This document shows positions 30,293 through 37,894 of a DNA stretch of 45,513 nt, one piece after another; the stretch's first letter is position 1, and each line of letters starts with the position of its first letter. Below the pieces are notes generated by a model. The model was not told the origin of the DNA. It worked only from the letters and a program-made list of their open reading frames with translations, and did not search any database. Both the position numbers and the translations under genes were made by a program. The DNA lies in contig JBHJHA010000002.1 in assembly GCA_050331235.1 (NCBI GenBank), forward strand, positions 1 through 45,513, read 5' to 3'. This stretch comes from Leptolyngbyaceae cyanobacterium (lineage in GTDB: Bacteria > Cyanobacteriota > Cyanobacteriia > Phormidesmidales > Phormidesmidaceae).

Positions 30293-30796
30293 ATGATGAA
30301 ACTAATGTGGATCAAGCACAGTTTGCTGGCCGCTGCGGCTCCGGCGATGGTGTTGGTCAATGCCTTGCTCCCGTTGACGGCTGGGCCCCCCCCCGTCCAG
30401 CTGCAACCGCACTCATAGGCAGAGACCTTGGTCGACTCCGAGCCCAAGACCCTCAACCAGGCCCTAAAGCAGATGCCAATGGTGCTGCCAACGGCTGCCC
30501 AGGCCAGTATCACCTGGCAAGACGGACGCTATGTTTTGGAGTTTTTTCACGCCCTCAATGCGGCGGCGCAGACCCCAGACTTGATGCTGATGTTAGATAT
30601 GGACGCGCAGCCCCAGGGCACCTACGGGCCCAGGCGCGATCGCGCAGTGATGCTGGGACCACTTCACCCCGTGGCTGGTCAGCAAAGGTACCCCATTCCG
30701 GCTGCGGTTGATGTCAATCAGTACCGCTCGGTGGCGATTTGGTGTCCTGAGCTGAATGCGGTGCTGGGATACTTGCCCGTTAGCGTGGATGGATAG
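30293..30796 (+). pseudogene. DM13 domain protein interrupted by an in-frame TAG
   Basis: GGAG RBS, ATG 30293, signal-like MMKLMWIKHSLLAAAAPAMVLV; TAG at 30416-30418; the same frame continues into PDL..LGPL..GQQRYPIP..VDVNQYRSVAIWC (DM13). Confidence 0.7.
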
Positions 30797-31016
30797 CCGG
30801 TGTATCCCGTTTCTGACTTTGCTGCGGCCCGGTTGCGGCCCAATGTGGCTATTCTCCGGCGGGAGAGCTCCCAACCGCTTTCCCCAGGGGCTGATAGCCG
30901 CTTACCAACAGTAGGAGCCAGAGCGCAAATTACCCAGGGCTTACCTGTGGGGAGCGCTGCTCTACCAATGATATCGCTCCGTTGCTTGGGTTGCCGCATT
31001 GAAAGGGACATGGGTA

Positions 31017-32909
31017 ATGTCGATTAAGCGAGTGGGCCGATGGTTAGGGGCGATCGCCCTCGGTTGGTTCCTCATCACTACCGCTGCCAGTGCTCAAGAG
31101 GCCCCCCACCGCCTGCCGGTAGTGCTCGACGGGCGATCGCTGTTTGCTGTGGGCGATTTGGATGACTTCTCCGCGAGCGAACGCGCCGACTTTGTCAATC
31201 ATGTGCTCCAGGCTCAGCTTCGCCAATTGCCGCCAGAAACGCCCATTCAAGTGACCCAACTGAAGCGGGGTGAGCTAATTACCCTGCGGGTGTCGGGGCG
31301 GCACGTATTGACAATTACTGACCAAGATTTAATGGGCAACATTCCCGCTGAGGAGCAGGCGGATCGATGGGCCGATAAGCTCCAGCAAGCTTTGCAACAA
31401 GGGAGAGCGCAGCGGACGCCAGCCTATCGTCGTCGCATCTTAATAGTGGCAGTGGGACTCGCCGTCTTAGGCTTGGGGCTCTACTTTGGCTTGCGTGGGT
31501 TGCGGCGGTGGCTGCGTCGCCATCGGCGTCGACTCTCGCCGGGGGCGCGATTTTGGACGGAAATGGGGATCTATCTGGCCCAGTGGAGCCTGCTGATTGG
31601 CTTTTTGGGATGGGTGTCCCAGGCCTTGCCAGAGCTCAGACATTGGCGCTATCGCGGACTAAACTTTCTCGGCACGACTCTGACCGCTGATGTCGTCACC
31701 CTGAGCGATCACGGCTATTCCATTCTGGAAGTCAGCAAAATTCTGCTCTTGGTGGTGCTGCTGTGGTTGGCCGTTCGGGCCATTACCGGACTCGTGCGCG
31801 CCCGTGTCCTGCAAACCGTGGGGGCAGATCCTACTGCTCAGGATGCGATCGCCCTATTCATCCAGGTTGCGCTGACTGGATTTGGCCTGTTGGTGCTCCT
31901 TCAGGCGTTTGGGGTCGACGTCAGTTCCCTGGCGATTTTGGCCAGTGTCATCGGCGTCGGTATCGGCTTTGGCCTGCAAAACATCGCCAACAATTTCATC
32001 AGCGGCTTGATCATCATGCTAGAGCGTCCTGTGCAGGTGGGAGACTTTGTTAAGCTGGGCGACCTCACGGGGACAGTCGAACGCATCGGCATTCGCAGCA
32101 CTGAAATCAGCACCCTTGATCGCATTACAATTATTGTCCCCAATTCAGAATTTATCGACAGTAAAGTCATCAACTGGAGTCACGGTTTCCCCGTTTCCCG
32201 GCTGCACATTCCCCTAGGGGTGGCCTACAGCTCGCCCATCAAACAGGTGCGCCAAGCGGTGTTCGAAGCGGCCCGGCGACATCCCAAAGTGCTGCGCTAT
32301 CCTAAGCCCCAACTCTGGTTTGAGGGGTTTGGCGACAGTTCGTTAGATTTCAACCTGCTGGTGTGGATTCGAGAACCGCGCCAGCAGTTTCGCATCCGCA
32401 GTGACCTCTACTATTTACTCGAAGCGAATCTGCGGCGTTTTCACATCGAGATTCCCTTTCCCCAGCGCGATCTCCATCTCCGCAGCGATGCTCTCGGTCT
32501 TCGCGACCCGGCATCGGCGCGACCCGCCGACCGCATCACCAGCAGTCCCGCTGTAACAGTTGATGAGGTCCAAACTTTAGAGGAGGCGATCGCCGACTGT
32601 GACATTTTGGATCACCGTGATGAGCCCGCAGAGCTTGAAATTCAAGAACTGGTAGCCCAGATGCGCGGGCCCAATGGCCTCGAAATTCGCGATCGCCGAT
32701 TTGGGCTACAGGTTTATACGCGATGTTTTGTTGGCAGCGATGCCGTGCGCTGGTTTATGCAGCGGCAGCTCGCATCCCGTGAAGAAGCCATCCGGCTGGG
32801 CCAAATTTTGGTCGAGCGAGGGATCATTCATCACGTTATCGATGAACACACCTTCAAAGATGATCATCTGTTTTATCGATTCTTTATCGACGAAGCGATC
32901 GAGCTATAA
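31017..32909 (+). CDS. MscS-family mechanosensitive channel with C-terminal DEP domain
   Basis: GVGIGFGLQNIANNFISG, ERPVQVGD, IGIRST, IIVPNS, IEIPFPQRDLH; DEP region CFVGSDAVRW..REEAIRLGQILVERGIIHHV..FKDDHLFYRF. Confidence 0.93.
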   Translation: MSIKRVGRWLGAIALGWFLITTAASAQEAPHRLPVVLDGRSLFAVGDLDDFSASERADFVNHVLQAQLRQLPPETPIQVTQLKRGELITLRVSGRHVLTITDQDLMGNIPAEEQADRWADKLQQALQQGRAQRTPAYRRRILIVAVGLAVLGLGLYFGLRGLRRWLRRHRRRLSPGARFWTEMGIYLAQWSLLIGFLGWVSQALPELRHWRYRGLNFLGTTLTADVVTLSDHGYSILEVSKILLLVVLLWLAVRAITGLVRARVLQTVGADPTAQDAIALFIQVALTGFGLLVLLQAFGVDVSSLAILASVIGVGIGFGLQNIANNFISGLIIMLERPVQVGDFVKLGDLTGTVERIGIRSTEISTLDRITIIVPNSEFIDSKVINWSHGFPVSRLHIPLGVAYSSPIKQVRQAVFEAARRHPKVLRYPKPQLWFEGFGDSSLDFNLLVWIREPRQQFRIRSDLYYLLEANLRRFHIEIPFPQRDLHLRSDALGLRDPASARPADRITSSPAVTVDEVQTLEEAIADCDILDHRDEPAELEIQELVAQMRGPNGLEIRDRRFGLQVYTRCFVGSDAVRWFMQRQLASREEAIRLGQILVERGIIHHVIDEHTFKDDHLFYRFFIDEAIEL

Positions 32910-33168
32910 CGTTTCTCAATTGAAGGCAATTAGGCCTGACTGGGATGTCTTGCAAAACAACTGATGACTGCTCCTCAAACCTCTTGAAATGAAGAAAGCT
33001 CCAGCCCTAAGACTGGAGCATTGGTGTGCAGATGACTGAACTAAAGGAGCTCAGCACACCAACATCGGATGACAGCAGAGACCGGTAGATAGCTTTGATG
33101 TAGCTGGCAAGCTAGCAACGATGTGCTCTAGCCATCAATTCTGATGCTTTGAGGCGGAGGAAATCTTT

Positions 33169-33199
33169 AAAAAGCAGGCTCTCTAACGAATAGAGAGCC
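33169..33199 (-). terminator. Intrinsic terminator of the precursor peptide gene
   Basis: GGCTCTCTA-acgaa-TAGAGAGCC stem at 33177-33199, followed on the minus strand by TGCTTTTT. Confidence 0.75.
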
Positions 33200-33240
33200 C
33201 GTAGCTTTCGGTGTGACTATTGAGACAAAGCTATATCAGT

Positions 33241-33519
33241 CTAGTCTTTGTCGAGGTTTTCACGACGTAGCTCGTCTAGGCTAGATGCATCCTTATCGAG
33301 GTTCTCACGGCGTAACTGGTCAAAATTGACGCCACCGCTGACGCCCTCGAGCTGATCATCAGAAATTGCATCTTTGTCGAGATTTTCACGACGTAGCTGA
33401 TCGAAATTAACAGCATCTTTGTCGAGATTTTCGCGGCGTAGCTGATCGAAATCAACACCACCACTAACATTCTCTAGCTGCTCATCAGAGACGGATTCCT
33501 TATTAGTGTTCTCAGCCAT
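33241..33519 (-). CDS. Multi-core double-glycine leader precursor peptide (2 leaders, 4 core repeats)
   Basis: SDEQLENVSGG and SDDQLEGVSGG; four LRRENLDKD; AAGGAG RBS 8 nt upstream (33528-33533); own terminator; divergent from a C39 peptidase transporter operon. Confidence 0.9.
   Translation of the reverse strand: MAENTNKESVSDEQLENVSGGVDFDQLRRENLDKDAVNFDQLRRENLDKDAISDDQLEGVSGGVNFDQLRRENLDKDASSLDELRRENLDKD
33244..33456 (-). repeat. Four ~42-45-bp coding repeats in a 2x2 arrangement
   Basis: Units recur 45 bp apart within a cassette and 126 bp apart between cassettes; differences within LRRENLDKD are synonymous. Confidence 0.9.
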
Positions 33520-33784
33520 GTGAATAGCTCCTTAACAATTACACATTCATCCTAGTAATCAGAATTGAAATTGTATGCCTGATAAAGTCGCAATCTAAAA
33601 GAGTTGAAATGTTAAATTCGAACATTTTGGGGGCTGGTTTCAGAAGGTTTTAAGCGGAATTTAATCTGCTTACCAAGTGTTAAGTTTGTTGTCGCTATTT
33701 GCTGGATAATGTTGGGTGTTTTCTTCGGCCATCGGTGTCAATGAAGAAACCCTTTAATATCGGGACGTCGCACCACAATTTCCT

Positions 33785-34831
33785 ATGACAGATACTTTAT
33801 TGCGAGAGTTGAGTAACACCGACCTGGACTGGATGATTACCAGTGGTGAGCGATCGCGGCTGTCGAGTGGAGAGCAGTTGTTAGGTGCGAGCCGCAGTTC
33901 TGACCTTCTATACGTCCTGATTGAAGGGAAGCTGGGCCTCACCGTAATGCCCGAGGGGGCTTCTGCTCAGGCAGATGAACTGCAGGATGAGCTGACTCAG
34001 GGAGAAATTGTCGGCATCGGGGCGCTCTTTGATATGCCAGAAATGAGCAACGTCAATACCCTGGAGCCTTCCATGGTGATGTCGCTCCCTATCGCTAAAA
34101 TTCGCGCCAAGTTGGCCGAAGATGTGGCCTTCGCGGCTCATTTTTACCGCGCGATCGCCATTATGCTGTCGAGTCGACTCCGGCGCATTTTTGAGCAACC
34201 AGGCCGTATTCAGCGTTGGGGTGAGCGCTCCGCTAAAGAAGTCCTGTCTGTGTTTGGAGAGTTGCGTGACAGTGATGTCGACTGGCTGGTGTCCTTTGGC
34301 GAAACGCGGGCGATCGCGGCGGATAAAGTTCTACTGCAGGCCGCTCGGCCGGTGGATGCCCTCTATATCTTGCTGGATGGTCAAATGTCCATCTCTGCTC
34401 CCCAGCAGGGTGAGTTTAACCCCCTTTATCTATGCTTTTCTGGGTTAGAGAGCAGTACCCGCGAGCAAAAGGCTTTTGCCACCATTGCCAAAGGAGGCAT
34501 GCCCGGCATCATCTCATTTCTCGATTTTCGCCCCCTCCCAGTCACCATTCGAGCCACTCGGGAGTCCCTGGTGTTTGCGGTGCCTCGACAAACCCTCGTG
34601 ACTAAGTTGCAGGTCGATGACAGCTTTGCTTCCCGGTTTTATCGCGTGATTACGATTGAAATCCTAGAACTGCTGCAAACGGTCAGCTCGCGATTGGTAC
34701 AGCCCGATCATGCCGCACCGACTCAGGACAACGATCTGCTGGACGAAGAGTTAGACATGGCAGATTTGCGCCAAATGTCAGAAGGAGCCAAGAAATTTAA
34801 CTGGATGTTATCTCAGCTGGGGGTCGCATAA
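33785..34831 (+). CDS. Tandem cNMP-binding domain protein of the type associated with cyanobacterial bacteriocin transport operons (TIGR03896-like)
   Basis: Two homologous halves (ELSNTDLDWM..LYVLIEG..FAAHFYRAI and ELRDSDVDWL..LYILLDG..FASRFYRVI); C-terminal DEELD. Confidence 0.85.
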   Translation: MTDTLLRELSNTDLDWMITSGERSRLSSGEQLLGASRSSDLLYVLIEGKLGLTVMPEGASAQADELQDELTQGEIVGIGALFDMPEMSNVNTLEPSMVMSLPIAKIRAKLAEDVAFAAHFYRAIAIMLSSRLRRIFEQPGRIQRWGERSAKEVLSVFGELRDSDVDWLVSFGETRAIAADKVLLQAARPVDALYILLDGQMSISAPQQGEFNPLYLCFSGLESSTREQKAFATIAKGGMPGIISFLDFRPLPVTIRATRESLVFAVPRQTLVTKLQVDDSFASRFYRVITIEILELLQTVSSRLVQPDHAAPTQDNDLLDEELDMADLRQMSEGAKKFNWMLSQLGVA

Positions 34832-35409
34832 TGGCTGAAAAGACGACTAAAGAACTCTTTCGCAAAGAGTCGCTAGAGCGCCTCTCCTCACCAGAACGGC
34901 TAGATGAGCTGATGACCATTGTCAATTTCAAGACCTGGTTGCCCCTCGGGACCATTAGCATTTTGCTAGGGCTAGGGCTGATTTGGAGCTTGGTCGGTCG
35001 CATTCCGGTGACGACGAGCGGCCGGGGATTGCTGGTGCAGGATGAGCAGTCCGCTGGCCAACTCGCCGCTTTGCTGCATTTTGACAATCGGTATCGAGGG
35101 CAGTTTCAGCCTGGTATGCCGGTGGTGATCACCCCCGATACGCTGTTGATTTACAACGAGCCTGGACTCCAGGCAGAAATCGTAGAGGTGCTGGAGCCCC
35201 CGGCCGTCACCCTTGACCAGGCTCGCCAAGTCGACATGGCTGCGATGGCAGAACCTCAGGATGGTCGGCTAGAGATCTTAGCCCAGTTGTCGCCGATGGA
35301 TGCTGCCATGCCGCCTAATACAGTCGTGGCTGGGGTGGAAATTCAGGGGCGCATCACGCTAGAAGAACGGGCCCCAATCAGGTTTGTGTTTCCCTTTTTA
35401 GCGCGTTAG
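34831..35409 (+). CDS. Shortened NHLP-type secretion / membrane-fusion protein (TIGR03794-like N-terminus)
   Basis: LFRKESLERLSSPERLDELM, TM, GRIPVTTSGRGLL, C-terminal RAPIRFVFP; only 192 aa; TAATG overlap with the upstream gene. Confidence 0.82.
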   Translation: MAEKTTKELFRKESLERLSSPERLDELMTIVNFKTWLPLGTISILLGLGLIWSLVGRIPVTTSGRGLLVQDEQSAGQLAALLHFDNRYRGQFQPGMPVVITPDTLLIYNEPGLQAEIVEVLEPPAVTLDQARQVDMAAMAEPQDGRLEILAQLSPMDAAMPPNTVVAGVEIQGRITLEERAPIRFVFPFLAR

Positions 35410-35525
35410 CGGAAGAGCTCAGGTGACTAGCCATGGGGGAATTTTGCTCAATTTAGAACTCCCGGCTGTGTCTACAAATCGCGATCGCCCGGACTCAACA
35501 CACTATTTTTGACTGATATAAACGC

Positions 35526-37745
35526 ATGCTGATTTTTCCTAAGCCGCTGGCAAAATCTTCTTCTAGCAAACGGGTCAAGACGCCCACCGTGCTGCAAATG
35601 GAGGCAGTGGAGTGTGGCGCTGCCGCGCTGGGTAAAATCCTTGGTTACTATGGCAAAACGGTTCCTTTGGCCGAGCTGCGCCAGACCTGTGGGGTCTCCC
35701 GTGACGGGGTGACGGCGGCCAGCGTACTCAAAGCGGCACGCAAGTACGGCTTAGAGGCATCAGGCTACAAAAAGAGTCTGGAGCGAGTCATGCAGCTCTC
35801 GCCGCCATTTATTGTGTTTTGGCATTTCAACCACTTTTTAGTGGTCGATGGCTTTACTGACAAATGGGTGTACTTAAACGATCCCGCAACGGGGCCCCGC
35901 CGTGTTACCCAGGCGGAGTTTGATGAAGGCTATACGGGCATCGTGCTGGGTTTTCAACCAGGTGAAACCTTTGCACCAGGCGGCAAGCAAGACAAGCTGA
36001 TCGGTACCCTATGGCAACGTCTCAAGCCATCAACCGGAGCGTTGCTGTTAGCTATTATTGCCGGATTCTTCTTAGTGCTACCGGCGCTGACGCTGCCTGC
36101 CCTCAGCCGGATTTTTGTGGATTCTGTCCTGGTGGGGGGGCGTCTGGAGTGGGTGCCCTACCTGCTAGTGGGACTGCTCATCGTGGCGATTGTGCAGGGT
36201 TGGTTAACGGCACTCCAGCGGCGCTATTTGCGATCGCTACGCATCAAGTTGGCTGTAGGCATGACCAGTCGCTTTGTGTGGCACGTGCTGCGGTTGCCTG
36301 TGGGCTTTTACGCCCAGCGCTTTGCTGGAGAAATTGCCAGCCGCATTCGCCTCAATGATGAGGTGGCAGCGGTGCTCTCGGGCCGCCTAACGACAACAGT
36401 GATCAGCTTTGTCCTGGTGATTTTTTACGCCTTGGCAATGGCCCAATATGATCTACTTATGACGGCGATTGTGGTAGGGTTCGCCATTGTCAATGTGGTG
36501 GTCTTGCAGTGGATTGGGCGACAGCGTACCGACGCCAACCTGCGTCTCTCCCAGGAATATGGCAAAGCCGCTGGGGTCGCGATCGCCGGCCTGCAAAACA
36601 TGGAGACCATCAAAGCCTCCGGTTTGGAATCGGACTTCTTCGCTCGCTGGGCGGGATACTACACCAAGTCCATCAATGCCCAGCAGGACCTCGGCCTCAC
36701 GAACCAGCTTTTGGGAATCTTGCCTTCTTTGCTGTCGGCGCTGACCAATCTCGCACTGCTCGTAGTTGGCGGCTGGCGGGTGATTAATGGTGAGCTCAGC
36801 ATCGGCATGCTCGTCGCCTTTCAACTGCTGATGGTGAGCTTCCAGCGTCCAGTCAACCGGCTGGTCAGCTTTGCTAGCATTTTGCAAACCCTACAGGGCA
36901 ACTTGACCCGCCTTGATGATGTTTTGGCCAATGAGGTCGATGGTCAGCTCATCGGTGCTGGTATGGAATCCGAGTCTTCGCCAACCGCCGAGCACTCTCT
37001 ACCAGCGGCAACTCATCGGTTGACGGGAGCCATTACGTTGCGCAATCTGGCCTTTGGCTACCATCCCCTTGAAGCACCGCTCATCGACAACCTGAATCTC
37101 GAGATTCAACCCGGACAGCGGGTTGCGTTTGTCGGCGGCAGCGGTTCCGGTAAGTCGACCCTGGCCAAGCTAATCGCCGGACTTTATCAGCCCCGCTCCG
37201 GTGAAATTTGTTTTGATGGCTGTCCCCGGGAGCGGGTGCCGCGGGCAGTGCTGACTAACTCCATCGCCGTGGTGGAGCAAGACATTCTGATTTTTGAGGG
37301 AACCATTCGCGACAATCTCACCCTGTGGGACACCACGATTCCAGAGGTAGACTTGCGCCGGGCCGCCCAAGACGCGGCGATCGAAGATGTGATCTTGGCT
37401 CAGCCCTATGGCTTCGATGCGCAACTGTTAGAAGGGGCATCCAACCTCAGCGGGGGCCAGCGTCAGCGGCTAGAAATGGCCCGCGCCTTGGTGGGCAATC
37501 CGTCGATTCTCATTCTGGATGAGGCCACCAGCGCCCTCGATACCGAAACGGAGAAAATCATTGACCAAAACTTGCGTCGTCGGGGCTGCACCTGCATCAT
37601 CGTGGCGCACCGCCTGAGCACCATTCGTGACTGCGATGAAATTCTTGTGATGGATCACGGCAAAGTTGTGCAGCGCGGCACCCATGAACAACTCTGGGAG
37701 GCTGGAGGCCACTATGCGCGACTGATCAAAAGTGAATCTGGTTGA
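35526..37745 (+). CDS. NHLP/NHLM bacteriocin ABC transporter, C39 peptidase/permease/ATPase (TIGR03796-like)
   Basis: TPTVLQMEAVECGAAAL (catalytic Cys), CGVSRDG, FNHFLV, NDPA; GGSGSGKST; LSGGQRQR; LDEATSALD. Confidence 0.95.
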   Translation: MLIFPKPLAKSSSSKRVKTPTVLQMEAVECGAAALGKILGYYGKTVPLAELRQTCGVSRDGVTAASVLKAARKYGLEASGYKKSLERVMQLSPPFIVFWHFNHFLVVDGFTDKWVYLNDPATGPRRVTQAEFDEGYTGIVLGFQPGETFAPGGKQDKLIGTLWQRLKPSTGALLLAIIAGFFLVLPALTLPALSRIFVDSVLVGGRLEWVPYLLVGLLIVAIVQGWLTALQRRYLRSLRIKLAVGMTSRFVWHVLRLPVGFYAQRFAGEIASRIRLNDEVAAVLSGRLTTTVISFVLVIFYALAMAQYDLLMTAIVVGFAIVNVVVLQWIGRQRTDANLRLSQEYGKAAGVAIAGLQNMETIKASGLESDFFARWAGYYTKSINAQQDLGLTNQLLGILPSLLSALTNLALLVVGGWRVINGELSIGMLVAFQLLMVSFQRPVNRLVSFASILQTLQGNLTRLDDVLANEVDGQLIGAGMESESSPTAEHSLPAATHRLTGAITLRNLAFGYHPLEAPLIDNLNLEIQPGQRVAFVGGSGSGKSTLAKLIAGLYQPRSGEICFDGCPRERVPRAVLTNSIAVVEQDILIFEGTIRDNLTLWDTTIPEVDLRRAAQDAAIEDVILAQPYGFDAQLLEGASNLSGGQRQRLEMARALVGNPSILILDEATSALDTETEKIIDQNLRRRGCTCIIVAHRLSTIRDCDEILVMDHGKVVQRGTHEQLWEAGGHYARLIKSESG

Positions 37746-37894
37746 AATATGGATTATGACAGCACTCGGATGCTCATTTGAGCTGACTGATCTGGGCTTG
37801 TTATATCCCATTCAGCGATGGTCTATTCCTAAAATGCACCTGACGCAGCGCTTCGCTATTTGCTTGTTCCTGTCCTTACCTACCCTTACGACCC

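Noticed and set aside
30256..30711. 151-aa ORF overlapping the DM13 gene
   Set aside because: Alternative frame; the signal peptide and DM13 motifs are in the frame of 30293/30428
33244..33456. CRISPR array interpretation of the repeats
   Set aside because: No unique spacers, variation follows codon positions, and no cas genes are present
33241..33519. Lanthipeptide, cyanobactin or microviridin precursor assignment
   Set aside because: No Cys, no Ser/Thr in the conserved core, no PFFARFL or TxKYPSD, no cyanobactin AYD recognition sites, and no matching enzymes nearby
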